From: Cetorhinus maximus
Taxonomy: Eukaryota
Direction: 5' to 3'
Assembly: GCF_964194155.1 (NCBI RefSeq)
Contig: NC_135887.1
Location: 39,060,001 to 39,124,000, forward strand
DNA length: 64,000 nt
Both the position numbers and the translations under genes were made by a program. This document shows positions 12,870 through 26,500 of the stretch, piece by piece; the first letter of the stretch is position 1, and every line of letters starts with the position of its first letter. Below the pieces are notes generated by a model. That model did not search any database, had not been told where the DNA came from, and saw only the letters and a list, made by a program, of their open reading frames with translations.

Positions 12870-13110
12870 CAACAACTTATATTTGTTTTGAATCTTTAAC
12901 ATAATAAAATGTCCCAAGGCACTTCACAAGAACATTATAAAACAAAATACAACACTGAAACACATGAGGAGATATTAGGTCAGAACACCAAAAGTTTAAT
13001 CAAGGAGGTAGATTTTAAAAACTGTCTTAAAAGAGGAAAGAGAGGCCAAAAGGTTTAGGGAGTACCTAGGGTTGAGGTAGCCAAAGGCACAGCCACCAGT
13101 TGTGGAGAAA
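12870..13110 (-). mobile_element. L2-like LINE 3' end fragment
   Basis: CAACAACTT..ATTT..TGTCCCAAGGCACTTCA tail; a similar copy is at 51818-52400. Confidence 0.55.
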
Positions 13111-13464
13111 TTAAGACCAGGTTTGATCAATTATTACATTCACTCCTGGCCTTGTTATGAGGGTCCCTAAAACTTCACCCTTAACTTTTTAATGTTAGCT
13201 TGTTTATCCTCTTTCCTGATTTTATATTGGGAGTTCACATATCTGCACTTATGCCTGACCCTGTAATGACGGTTAATATAGCTTCACTCTTGAGCTTGTA
13301 ATGACAGGTCACCACATGAAACATTAACCTGCCTTTGACGGATGGAACTAGACTTGCTATGAATTGCAATATTTCTAATAATTCTGTTTACTTTTATTTC
13401 ATTTAAAGTCAGCTTGTGCTCCACAGAGACTGTCAGTGCCAATAATGCATATTAGAATTAGATA

Positions 13465-16400
13465 GCATCGCAAGGCTATACCCCTAATTTTTTTGAAAAA
13501 AGAACTTTCAGCTTTCAACTGACTGGAAATCTTGCGATTTGAAATGAAAAGAACAAAGTACCTAAAAATGCCAGGACACCTTCCAAGGTGAAGGGAAAAG
13601 GCAAACGTATAGCTGCAGGGCAGAGCCATTTCCTTTAATTCAAAGATCCACCGAAACTCGTCACTGTCAAAGGAACAGACATTAAAATGCAAAGTGCTGG
13701 ATATTGAAACAATGGCTGCCACAGGCAGACCCACTCAAAACCCCTTGAAAATACACAATGGGTGAAGCATAACAGGCTAGGCTGCAGACACTGAGGAGAG
13801 ATTGCAACTGACACAGGGATTGTCAAGAAAGGTTTCAGTGGAGGAAACAGGCTGAAAAGCTGTGCTCTCTCTCCCTCTCTCTCTTTTGGAACTAATGCCT
13901 TAACTGGTTCACAAGACAACTTCATTAGAAATCTACCAGTGAAACCGTGATCTCGTAATAATTGCAACATCTTCTATACCTGACCACATCCACGAGGCCA
14001 GTTAATCCAAACATCTCCATACCCTTTCCGATAAGAACTCACTCAGAGGTGTAGAGAGTAACGGGCGCTAGGCAGGCAGCAACTCTGGCTGATGATTATA
14101 AGCTTATCCACAAACCCTCATCCCAAAAGGAAACCTTTCCCTAGTCACCCCCAACCAAATGAGAATGATAGAAGATGGGAGAGCGATAGGACACTGAGCA
14201 CGCCTGGGAGAGGAGGGGCAGCTGGAGACACAGGGCCAAAAAAGGCTGGTGCTGAGAAGAGGAGTGAGGCCAAGAAGCCTGTGTGTTTTAACGGCTGCAA
14301 GGTAGGACTCCTCTGTGCTGATTGCTGGAGGTTATGGGAAAAACGCGTGAGATTTGTTGAGGCACACAAACCCTGAGCAGAAAATGGGAGTCAGACAGAG
14401 GGGATAGGAGACCAGACTATGGCTCTGGCTGGATTAGCACATCCCTATAAATGCACTACTGTGAGTCTGGGTGCATTTTAAAAAATTACCTGAGAATTAC
14501 AAGGATTTTGCGTCAAAAAGAAGAGTGACCACATTTCCCCAGGGCGAGGTGGGTAAGCCTATAGTGATACTGAGGGATACTGGGGCCATCTAAACTCTAC
14601 TGCTGGGAAAAGGCATGGCCTTTCCGCCAGAGCATGCAGTAAGTGCCAAGGTGTTGATAAAGGGTTTTGAAGGAGGCCCATCCCCTTATACCGGGTACGC
14701 CTGGAGTGCAACTTTATGTCAGGCCCAGTGATTGTTGGAGTCTTTCCCAGTTTGTCTGTGGACTGGGTCGACCTGCTCCTTGACAATGACCTGGTGGGAT
14801 CAAATGTGACAGCATCCCCGGTAGTCGTAGAAAAGCCAACCAAGCTCAGGGAGACAGGACAGCTGCAGTAGAAAGTGCCTGGCATTTTCTCTGACCCTGT
14901 GGTAACCTAGTCTATGGCCAGACAAACTCTGTCAGAGCAGGCTGAAGTGACACTGCAGGCGGATGACCTCACTGTCTGGTTAGAGGCAGCCGAGGCAGGC
15001 TGGAGAATAGTGTTCCCAAAAGGTCAGGGACAGTCTAGAGAGGCTGAAATAGATAGAGAAAGCCAGCAGGAATCTGTAAGGGTACAGGGAACTGAGAGAG
15101 GTCCGGACATCCTACAGGGGAAAGAGTGGCAAAGGAGGAACTATTGGAACTTAAAAGGGCTGAAGCTAGGCCAGTAGAAGTAAAACGGGTCAGGATAGAA
15201 TCCGTCACTGTTGTGATGGCTAAGGAACAGCCATTTGAATTTAAAAGTGCCAAAGTCAGGCCGAAGCCAGGCCAGCAGCAGTAAAAAGAGTAAAAGTAAA
15301 CTCTGAGAAAGTTAAAAGAGCTGAAGCCAGGCTAGCAGGACTTGGGAGCAGTAGTGTTCCAGGGAACCTGGGATAGGTTAGGGGAATGACCATTCCCAAA
15401 ACAAAAGAGGAAGAAAGGAGACCCTACCCCAAAGCTGGCAATACTTATGGAGATCACGGAGGAATAGCAAGGAAACTCATGCAGGGTTAATTACTAATAA
15501 GCAAGACGAAACAGATCAAGTTTTAAAATTCACTAATAATGAAGGGCTGGGCGCAAAACCAGAATTCCTACAGGAGGCAAAAATCCAATTACAGCCCACT
15601 GGCCTACTTAGGATTCAGATTTGTAAGAGTGCCTGGGTTGAAGCTAATCATTTCATAGGTTATAGAGGTGGATAGCAAGGGGTTAAAACCAATCTGATCA
15701 AACCTAGAAATCCAAAAAATTTGCCTCTGTTAAAAGCCTCTGTGCTAAACAGCATGAAGGCAGGGCCAGTGAGAAGCACAGAAACTCCTACAGGTAACAA
15801 AGAGCAGTTTAGCCATTACCAGCAATCTGGGAGTTAACAGTCGGGTAAACCAGCCGAATCCCTTGTACCGATGCTTAATCTGAATTTACAGCAAGGAACA
15901 AGCACTGGGCTACTGTCAAAATTATCTGTCATACCTACCGCCAAAAAAAATAAACAACTTCAGAACCCTGACGCCAGTCAAACCTTTTCAAATGAAGACA
16001 GGTTTTGTTCATAACCAAGCACCTGAAAAGGAAAAAAACCAACATAAGAACTTGTTATCCAGACCTAACACAGTTTAGAGTCACCTGGGTAGCAAGACCA
16101 TAGTAGAGCAGAACAGCTGCAATTTGAGTAAGAGAGTGAATGTGTTTTTTTATATACTTTGTAATGAAATGAGAATGAATCTCATTTCATTTGTATTGAT
16201 ACGGAGGTGTCACGAGGCTCTGCCCCTTTATTTTTGAAAATACGAATTTTCAACTTTCGACTGACTGGAAACTTTGCAGTTGAAATGAGACAGGACAAAC
16301 TACTTAAAAATGCAAGGCCGCCTTCCAAGGCGAAGATGAAAAAACAAACAAGACACGCTCAGGGGAATGTGAAGAAAGGGACACTGTCAAAGATCTAACG

Positions 16401-17096
16401 AAACTTGTCACTAAGGGAGAGACACTAATATGCAAAGTGCTGGATATTGAAACAATGGCTGCCACAGGCAGACCCACCCAAAACCCCACAGAAATACACA
16501 ATGGGTAAAGCATAACAGGCCGGGCTGCAGACACTGAGGAGAGATTGCAAGTGACACAGGGAGTGTCAAGAAAGGTTTCAGCAGAAGAAACAGGCTGAAA
16601 AGCTGTGCTCTCTCCCTCTCTCCGTTTTGGAACAAGTGTCTTAAGCGGTTCAGAAAACAACTTCACTAGAAATCTGCCAGTTGAACTGATATCTCATAAT
16701 AATTGCAACATCTTCTATATCTGACTGCAAAATCAGCTAATCCAAATCAGCTGCAACATTCAACAATCTACACCTCAAGGACAAACAAAGGACACATAAC
16801 CATATATTCTTTTAATGTTTTTTACTGGACTTTCCTTATTTCTGATATCAGTGTGTGCGTATAACATTGTGATTTTATTATTTTTCCTCAGGTTTAGTGG
16901 TTAATAAATTTGCTTTTTCTTGAACTCAAGATAACCTTGTTTGATTGGCTCCTTATTGCTCACTGCTTAAAAGTCAAATACATTCGGATTTGGAAAAGAA
17001 ATGTCCTCGTAAATAGAAACTTAAACCTTTTTTGTGACCAGCCAAGGAGGTTGAATAGAGGGGAGCCAATTCACTTCTTCTTACCTGGTCATAATA
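13465..17096 (+). mobile_element. Degenerate Gmr1/Gypsy-like LTR element: partial 5' LTR, gag/protease remnant, full 3' LTR at 16208-17096
   Basis: 13465-14000 is a diverged direct repeat of 16208-16730. Protease remnant IVILRDTGAI*TLLLG near 14560. The 3' LTR reads TGTCACGA...GTCATAATA and contains AATAAA. Confidence 0.75.
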
Positions 17097-17765
17097 GTAA
17101 GAGTGGCCACATGGATTCTGCAGAGTGTGCTGCCTCCTCTTGGCAAATCAGAAGCATTGTCACTGAAGCATCAACCAATTGTCTTGGAGCCACAGTCTCA
17201 GTATATTATCAGTTTATCAGCTGCACAGGGACAAACCAATTTGTAATAAAGAATAAAAAGCTAACTTAGCAGCTGGCCCCACACTTATAGACAACAATGT
17301 TGCCAAATAAAACTAAATATTAAGATCCGAAGGACCAAGGCAATTTAAATGAAAGACTTAGTTCAAAGCAATATTTGAAAACAGATGCTCAAATTGTTGC
17401 ACTACTTAATGCAAAAAGTATTTCAGACATGACACTTGCTAATTCTGTTCCAATAACACTCAGCACACGAAATATGTGAATTCCTTCACAGGGAAACCAA
17501 ATTAAGAGCATGTTACGGAATAAAGATGCATCAAGCTCAAACCATCTTTACTGTTTCGTTCAATGTTCCCTCGTTTGCCGTAAATCTTAAAAAATAAATT
17601 AAATTACATTGGCATCTGGCTCTTGGCAAGATAATGAAGCCAATGACAGATATTAAAACCTATACTCGGGACATGGTAGTGTCAGTTTGCCTACCTGCAC
17701 TCTGATATCATAATGACATAAACCTGATCTTGTAATGATAGTATACCTGCACTCCTAAACTTGTA

Positions 17766-19281
17766 GGGCAGAATTTTACGAGTCGGTGAGCGGGGGGGGT
17801 GGTGGGGGGGGCCCTCTCGCTGACACGTAAAATGACGTCGGGCGGAACTCCTGACGTCACCGTGCCCGATTTAAATTTTCAGGAAGGCGGGGGCACAGCA
17901 AAATCAGCTGCACGCCCGCTGAACTGTCAATGGCCAATTGAGGCCATTGACAGGGTCAATTAAGTAATTAAAGGACCTGCCCGTCCAACCTTGAACTTGG
18001 TGAAACAGATCAAAAAAGCTGGATGCAATGTTCTATTGATACAAAAATCAATTCTCAGGGATGCACTTAGTGACCTGGCCCTGCATTTCCTCAATAAGAT
18101 GAAGATTATGGTGATCAAAGATATCGAGAGAGAAGATATTGAGTTCATCTGTAAGACTCTTGGCATAAAACCAGTTGCCCATGTTGAACAGTTCATGCCA
18201 GATATGTTGGGCACTGCAGAGCTGGCAGAAGAAATCCGTTTGAATGGTTCTGGCAAACTGATCAAGATTACTGGCTGTGCAAATCCGGGAAAAACAGTAT
18301 CCATTGTAGTACGTGGCTCTAATAAATTGGTAATGGAAGAGGCTGAGCGTTCCATTTATGATGCTCTCTGTGTCATTCGCTGCTTGGTAAAGAAAAGGGC
18401 ATTGATTGCTGGAGGTGGCGCTCCTGAGATTGAGCTGGCACTATGTTTAACTGAATACTCCCGTACTTTTAGTGGTATGGAGGCATACTGTGTACGTGCA
18501 TATGCTGATGCACTAGAAGTTATCCCATCTACTTTGGCTGAAAATGCGGGTCTTAATCCTATTTCCACTGTCACAGAGTTGAGGAATAGACATGCACAAG
18601 GAGAGAAGACGGCAGGAATTAATGTCAGAAAGGGTGGCATTTCTAACATTCTGGAGGAGCTGGTTGTGCAGCCTTTGCTGGTCTCCCTCGGTGCCCTGAC
18701 ACTAGCTACAGAAACAGTTCGTAGTATCTTGAAGATTGATGACGTGGTTAATGCACGATAAGTTCAGTCATATGTTCAACAGAAGTGAGTGAGATGTCTT
18801 GATTCCTTAAGGTTGGTGGGCAGGCCAGGGGCCCCGGCGGCAAATAGAGAAAACATGAAACCTCATTCACAGGCGGGATATTAAAAAAAATTTTAATAAA
18901 GGTTTTGTAAAAATTATGGACATGTCCCAACTCATGTGACATTGTCACATGAGGGGACATGTAAGAGAAATTTTATTTTTCTATTTTTGTCTTTTTCACA
19001 CGTGCAGCCGATCTCCCTGAGGCTGCACTTAGCCTCAAGCAGATGAGTGCACTCTTTCATGCACATGCGTGAAAGAGCGCACTCTTGATTTAGGGACTTA
19101 CCCCCACCCCCGCCCGCACAAGGAGCGCATAGCACTTCAGTGCGCACATCACACTGAGCGAGCCTTAATTGGCCTGCCCACGTAAAATGGCGCCGCGCCA
19201 CTGATCGGGGGCGCCGATTGGAAGCGCGCCCGTACGCGCCCGCCCATTAACTTCCCCCCCGATGGAGGGAAAATTCAGCCC
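17766..19281. mobile_element. Non-autonomous Harbinger-type element carrying a CCT4 cDNA fragment
   Basis: TIRs GGGCAGAATTTT...AAAATTCAGCCC; 3-bp TSD GTA (17763-17765 and 19282-19284). Both arms match the empty copy at 26916-27533. Confidence 0.9.
17991..18761 (+). pseudogene. CCT4: Processed, 5'-truncated copy of chaperonin CCT4 (TCP-1 delta), C-terminal 256 aa, followed by ~43 nt of putative 3' UTR to 18804
   Basis: [25 protein letters not shown]...GGGAPEIEL...[13 protein letters not shown] is near-identical to vertebrate CCT4. There are no introns and no ATG (the frame begins mid-protein at TTG). Drift substitutions: SIHDA>SIYDA and ALRL>ALCL. Confidence 0.95.
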
Positions 19282-19756
19282 GTAATGTCAATTCATGTAA
19301 CTGCATCCACTCCTGTACTTGTGATGATATGTCTCCACATAAAACATTAAACCTGACTGCTTTTATAGGTGTGCATAGACTTGCTGTGTATTTCCAGCAT
19401 TTCCAGTATTTTGGTTGTATCTTTGCTTCATCTGCTATCAGCGTGTGCTGCTCTTTTGGCATTGAAGCACAGAAACTATTCATAGGTCACGAATTGTAAG
19501 AATTGTGTAGGCATGACCACATAGATTCAGCAGAGTTCCCTTGGTGGCTTAGGTGAACTTTTGTTCAGTCAGTGTATCTATCAATATTCCTTTGTAACTT
19601 TCTGCTTCTGTCCACACTACTTACTCTGCCACCTAATTTGGTATCAGATACAAACCTCATTATATGGCTCTGTATTCCTTGGTCTAAGTCCTTTATAAAT
19701 ATAGTGAAAATTAATGTAACTGGTCAATGATTGCCCCCTGCTGATTGACCGGCTTG

Positions 19757-22700
19757 TGTTGTAAGGTGGCCAAGTTGTACTATTAATGAGAGAGTTGATC
19801 TGCAGACACTCCTTGCGTGGGAGCATTAAGTTTCTTTACAACATGCTCAGCAGCGACTACACATGTGCTTTCAACTCCAGCTCTATATCTGTGCTGACTG
19901 CTGAGGTAGTCAACGCTACTCTCCTATTGGTTACAACAGATCATGTGATCTTGCCTAACAATTATTATTCTTAAAGGAAAATTTAACACTAAATAAAACC
20001 ATAATGATTACATTCCTCCCCCTTTAACTGGGCTATACATATTAAATTTATAAGTACATACGTTTCAAGACGACATAATATTTACACTGGGTAAGGGATT
20101 TACAAGTTCAAACTTTCAGGTGGTTTCCTGGCACATGTGGAATGTCTCAGCTCCACAACTTCAGATTCTTTGTCAGGAACTCCCTTTTCCGGAGTTGCCT
20201 GAACATCAGGTGCTTCGGTGGGAACTTGCAGTTCTGTATCCTCAACTCTTACAGGAACATCAGACATGTCAGTCCTGGGTTGAGTATCCTCGACAGGAAA
20301 TGCAGATCCGGTCATGGTCACTGGTGGAACCAAATCTTGGTGATTTGTCTCTCTCTTCCTTAAGTGGTCCACATGTTTATGGATGATCATGTCTACCACC
20401 TCCACATGGTAAGATAGAGGTCCAGTCACCGCACTTATTTCACCCGCTAATCACTTTGGTCCTTCCCTGAAGATTTTCACGTATATCGGCTCTCCTATGG
20501 TAAATTTCCTCTTGGGACTATGCCAGTCGTGTCTAGTGTTCTGGCTTCCCTGACCCATTTCCAACTTCCCCTCTAAATTCGGCATTATTAAGCTCAATCT
20601 CATCCTGAGACGCTGTTTCAACAATAACTCCACAGGTGTGGCACCTGTTGTTGTGTGAGGGGTAGCCCTGTAATGAAAAAGAAAGCGTGCTAGCTTGGTT
20701 GCCAAGGAATCACCAGTTAGCTTTCTCATGCCTGTCTTGAACATTTGAACCACCCTTTCAGCCAATCCGTTTGAGGAAGGGTGGTACGGTGCAGCTTTCA
20801 CAAGTGATACCATTGAAGCTGATAAACCGTTGAAACTCAGCACTCGTATGTGCCGTGCCGTTATTGGAAACGACTACTTCTGGTAGTCCGTGAATGGTTA
20901 AACTTTGACGTAGTTTTTCAATTGTAGCGCCCGACATTGGTGACTCCACCACATATATGTCCAACCATTTTGAATGGGCTTTGACAATGAGCAGAAACAT
21001 TGTTCCCAGGAGAGGTCCAATGTAGTCAAAGTGCACCCAGGGTCTACCTAGCCACTAATGTGGGTGTATTGGAGCTGTCACTGGCAACTTTTGCAGTTGC
21101 TGACATTGCACACAGTGCTTTATAAACTCTCTATTTCACCATCCATCCCAGGCCACCACAGATGGCTGCGTGCTATGGTCTTCATTCGGGAAATTCCTGG
21201 ATGGGCACAATGTAGCTCAATTAAAAGTGGTTCCCTTCCTTTTGGAGGAACTATCACCCGTGCTTCCCACAATAAGATGTCACCCTGGCTGGTTATTTCA
21301 TCTCTTCTGTTGAAGTACAGTTTCATTCCATCAGATACAGGCTCCTGTGACCATCCATGTGGCACTTGTTCTCGTACCTGATGTAGGACTGGGTCCCGAC
21401 TTGACAGCCTCTAATCTGTCAAGCACATACCAACGAGGAATCTAAGAAATTTAACCGTAAAACAAACTCTTATGGAACTGGGGCATGTTCATCATTTTCT
21501 TGTAAAGGCAAACGACTAAGGGCATCGGCGTTTGCGATTTGATTGCCAGGCCTATGTACGAAAGTGTATTCGTACGCTGCCAGAATTAAAGCCCATCGTT
21601 GTATTCTTGCTGAGGCTATGGGTGATATAGCCTTGTCCTCACTAAAGAATCCTAGCAATGGTTTGTGGTGTGAAATGATTGTAAAATGGCAGCTGTGTAC
21701 AAACTGGTGAAATTTCTTGACACCAAAGATGATGGACAGGCCTTCTTTTTCTAACTGCAAGTATCCCTTTTCCGCTGTGGTGAGCATTCTTGATATGTAA
21801 CCTATTGACCGTTCCGTGGCGTCGTTCATCCAATGAGAGAGCACTGCTCCCACTCCGTAGGGAGATGTGTCACATGTCAGCACCAATTCTTTCATCTAGT
21901 CACAATGCACTAATAGATTAGACAAGTGCAACATTTGTTTCCCCTTTATGAAAGCTCCTTTCTGGGGCATCTCCCAAGACCAACGTTGATTCTTTTTGAG
22001 TAGAGAATGCAGGTGGGCAGAACTGTAGACAAATTGGGTAAGAACAGCCCATTATAGTTGATCATTCCTAGGAATGATTTGACCTCTGAGGCATTCTTTG
22101 GTGCAGATGCCTCTCTGATGGCTCTCACTTTCTCCTCAACTGGATGGAGGCCCTGTGAATCTACCCGGTGACCCAAATAGATTACCTAACTCATTTGGAA
22201 TGTGCACTTTTTTTTTGATGCACTGCAGCTTGCAAGAGATGTTTTAAGACTTCTTTTAAGTTTGTCAAATGCTGTTTTTCAGTGAGCCCTTTCACCAATA
22301 CATCATCTTAATATGCTACAACCTGGGCCAGTCCTCGGAAAGATGTTCTCTGAAAGATGGCACAAGCAGAAGAGACACCAAAAGGCAACCGAGTATATTG
22401 GTACAACCCTTTGTGGGTATTAATTGTGATAAATTCCCAGGAGGCATTATCCAACTCTCATTGTTGATCAGCATGACTCATGTCAAGTTTTGTATAAGTT
22501 GTCCCTCATGCCAGCTTGGCATACAGGTCTTCAATTTTTGGAATGGGGTGCCTATCTAGCTTAGTTACTTTATTAACTGTTAGTTTGTCGTCTCCACAAA
22601 TTCGGGTGCTTTGGTCGGGTTTAAGGATGGGGACTATGAGTGCTGCCCAATCTGAGAACTGCACAGGTTGTATAACACCCAGTTTCTCTAGTCTGTTCGT

Positions 22701-23535
22701 CTGTTCAGTTCAATGTCGATATTTTCTCGCAGGACATATGGCACCGGTCTCGCCTTCATGAAGCGAGGTTTTGCTCCAGGATCCACATAAATCTTGGCCT
22801 GCAGACCCTGGATTTTCCCCAGTTCATCATTAAAGATGGTGGCATACTTTCTAAGTAGCTCTGGTAACCCACTTGCTCTCAACTGGAAAATTTGAGAACA
22901 TTCTAACTTAATCTCCTTTAACCAATTTCGTCCCAGGAGGCTTGGCCGTTCATCTGCTACCACCATCAAGGGTAGCTTTGCCGATTGGCTTCCATAATGG
23001 ACAGTTACACTGCTTATGCATTTTATTTGAATGTCTTAATCCGTATATGTTTCTTCTATTACTTCTAAAATTAATTGATGCTCACCATTATTTAATTATC
23101 TTAAGGTGAGTTCCCCAATTACTGTAGTGGAAGCTCCCATGTCCACTTCCATTCTAACAGATTTGCCATTTACTTTTGCTGTGACAAATATTGCTTCTGT
23201 CTTTCCAACTTTCAGATTAAACAATGAGTGAATGTCTGAATTTGTTGTTTCAGGCTCTTCGACATTATAGATTTCATTGGGCTTTCTCTGCTAGAATCTT
23301 TCCTTGCATTGTCTCATCATATGTCCATTTCTTTGACAATAGTAGCATCTGAGTTTTTTAAACTGCCAATCATTCAAAGACTGATTGTTTCGACCTCTAT
23401 TAAAATTATTCTTTGATTTTGCTGCTAAGTTATTTTCCTTTCTTCTTCAGCTAGTGGGGGCTGTTTCCCGCTCCTTAGCGGAGTCTCGCTTTTTTGCGCC
23501 TCTTTCGGCTGAGGTTTCCCGCCTGATGTGGAGGA
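19757..23535 (-). mobile_element. Gypsy element, 5'-truncated: gag knuckle, PR, RT, RNase H, IN, PPT and 3' LTR (19757-20012)
   Basis: CYYCQRNGH knuckle, LLGRNWL, RNase H (LTCDTSPYGVGAVL..EKEGL..DALSRLP) and IN (PYHPSSNGLAER). PPT complement TTCCTCCCCCTTTAA abuts the LTR. Many frameshifts. Confidence 0.93.
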
Positions 23536-26500
23536 TTAATACAGCTTGTTTTTTCCCATTTAATTTCTATGAAATTTTCTGTAACAAGTTGCTGGAAGTG
23601 AGAGATAGAAATGGCATGGTACTCCCATCTAGGGCACCTGAGATCTGAGTGAACATGGCAAACAGCAAATGTGGAGTCGAAACGTCGACTCTTTTCTTCT
23701 CCACCGATGCTGCCAGACCTGCTGAGTTTTTCCAGGTAATTCTGTTTTTGTTATGGTAAACATCAGTCCAACTGCTTAAGTAATTCGGTCAAATAGCCGT
23801 AAAATCAAAGGACAAAATCTGCACAAGGAAGTATAAATTCGAATGGGTGAATTAAATGTTAAATCAGATGCAGAAAGAGAAACAAAGAGAAAAAAAAAGA
23901 GACTGAATTAAGAGAGAAAACCAGAGACAGAAAAAAAGGTAAAATAATTTTTACATTTTAGTTAAAGGAAAATCTCCAGAAATAATAAAAACTTGAAAGA
24001 ATAAGACTCCAAACTCATTTTTTTTTCAGTGATAGAGGGCGGAATTGTCTGTGTCCACATCAGGCGTGTTTGATGGCATGAACGGACAATATGACAAGAA
24101 GGCCAAAAATCGGTTACATGATGTTGTGAAACCAGTTTGCGATCATCTGCTCAGCCCATCAATGGCTGGCCAAGTTCCCCGCCATCGGAGGTTGGGAACC
24201 TCATTGTATTACATCAGCATATCATTATAATGCCAGCCCGCTGGACTCATTCCACACCCCCATCACCCCCCACGCCCCCACTACCCCACTGGATCATCTG
24301 CCCACATCGGCTGGAAAACACGCCAGTGCAGGACACGTTTTGACAACTGTGGCGTGCAGAAGTTGGGACTTACCACCAGGGTCTTGATCACATCGCAGAC
24401 ATCTGAGGAGGAGGAGATGCTGGAGCACGACATCAACGGCACACTGGTGGAACATCCATGGCATGTTGGATGGATTCTCATGGGCATGGCTCTGCTGTGA
24501 AGCAGCTCATGGAAGCTGGAAAGTCACCGTTGATGCTCACAATGGATGATGGTCGAGGGGGCACGAGAGGAAGGCCTAGGATCGATTGGGAGAAGTAAAG
24601 ATGTTGGGGGGTGAGTTTGGGTGCGGGAGAATGAAGTTGTTGGGGGGTGAAGTTGGGAAGGGGAGATTGAAGGTGCTGGGGGTTGAGGTTGGGAGGGGGG
24701 AATGAAGGTGTCCACGGGAAAGGTTGGGGGTGGGGAGGGAGTATGGGGGGAGGAGGGGCAACAGGGAGGAGATGACAACTGGGGATGTAGGTGTAAGGGA
24801 GGTGGAAGGGGTGGAAGGTTTAAAGGAAGGAGTTCAGAGGGGGTAAGGAGTGTGGAGAGGAGAGGGAGTCCAGGAGGAGGAAGGGGTGTGGAGAGGAGTA
24901 AACTGTTTAAGGGAGTGATGAACAGTTTGGGGATAAAACAGTTTAAGTCAACAGTTTACCATCCTGAGTCACAAATGGCTTTGGAAAGATGGCATCAAAC
25001 TCTTAAAACTATGATGAGATTGTATAGTCAGGATTATCCACAGGATTGGGATAGGGGAATTCCATTCTTGTTATTTGCTATCAGGGATGCTCCTAATACA
25101 TTGACTGGTTTTAGACCTTCTGAACTAGTTTATGGTCATGAAGTAAGGGGACCACTGAAATTGATTCATGAGAAATTGGTGGGTCAAAATTCGGAACCTG
25201 CTCTCCTGGATTATGTATCAAATTGCAGAGAGAGATTGGATAGAGCATGTGAGTTGGCTAGGGAACGTTTAAAGATATCACAGCAAGTGATGAAAAAGAA
25301 GGTAGATAGGAAAGCTGCAGCTCGTAGTTTTGTTACTGGGGAGAAAGTGCTAGTTCTGTTATCAGTACTGGGACACTCATTAAAGGCAAGTTTTAGTGGG
25401 CCTTATAGGATTGAAAAGAAATTGAGTGATATGAATTATTTAATAAATCCTCCAGATAGAAGAATGGAGCAGAGGGTGTGTCATGTAAATATGCTTAAAA
25501 AGTACTTTGACAGGGAAAACGACCAAAAGGAAGTGCTAGTAGTGGTAGATAATGAGAAAGAAATAGAAATGCAAGATCCTGAAATTAATTTTCCTCTAAT
25601 CAAACTGGATAATGAGGGGGAGCTTGAAAAATTAAATGTAATATTGAGTTACCTTCCAGACACATGTCAAAGTGATTTGAGGAAGCTATTGCAGTCACAC
25701 AAAGATATTTGTGGGAATAAGCTGGGAAGGACAAATTTAGCTATGGATGATGTATGTGTAGAAGTTTCATCTTCACTTAGGCAATATCCTTATAGATTAA
25801 ATCTGGAAAAGTTATCACAAGTACAGAAAGAAATTGAATTCATGCTTCAAAATGATATCATTGAGTCTAGTTGCAGTAACTGGAGTTTGTCTATTGTGCT
25901 GGTACCAAAACCGGATGGAACACAAAGACTGTGTGTGGACTGTCGAAAGGTGAATGCGGTGACAAAAGCAGATTCATATCCTATACCACGGTTGGAAGAT
26001 TGTATTGAGAAAGTGGGACAATCAAAATTTATCACAAAGATTGACTTTCAGAAGGATATTGGCAAGTAGCATTATCAGAAAGAGCAAAGGAGCTATCAGC
26101 TTTTGTAACACCAGATGGACTATATCAGTTTAAAGTCATGCCATTTGGTATGAAAAATGTAGCTGCAACATTTTAAAGACTGACAGACATAGTTATTGCA
26201 GGCCTGAGCAATTGTGCTGTTTATATTGACGACTTGATAGTTTTCAGTCAGATGTGGGAAGAGCATTTACAACATCTGGAAGAATTATTTACTCGGTTAC
26301 AAGAAGCTAATTTGGTGGTGAACTTGGCTAAAAGTGAATTTGCAAAAGCACAAGTTACGTATCTAGGCATACCATTGGACATGGTAAGATGGCTCCAAGA
26401 GATGTGAAAGTCAAGGCTATCGCAGATTTCCCAGTTTTCAGATTTCTGGGCATGAATGGGTTTTATCGGAAATTTGTACCAAATTTTAGCAATGCGGTTG

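Noticed and set aside
17991-18761. Functional CCT4 gene
   Set aside because: It lacks the N-terminal half, an ATG and introns, lies inside a MITE, and has substitutions at conserved residues.
952-20012. The three related LTRs (952, 11313, 19757) as ends of one element
   Set aside because: Orientations differ and the 11313 copy has its own TSD, so they are independent insertions.
24040-24560. Possible additional Harbinger-related coding fragment
   Set aside because: Repeat-like GC-rich sequence with no motif I can confidently assign.
24702-24898. Gly/Arg-rich N-terminus apparently fused to integrase in the 455-aa ORF
   Set aside because: It is a purine-rich low-complexity tract that lacks stop codons by composition; the retroelement starts abruptly at ~24899.
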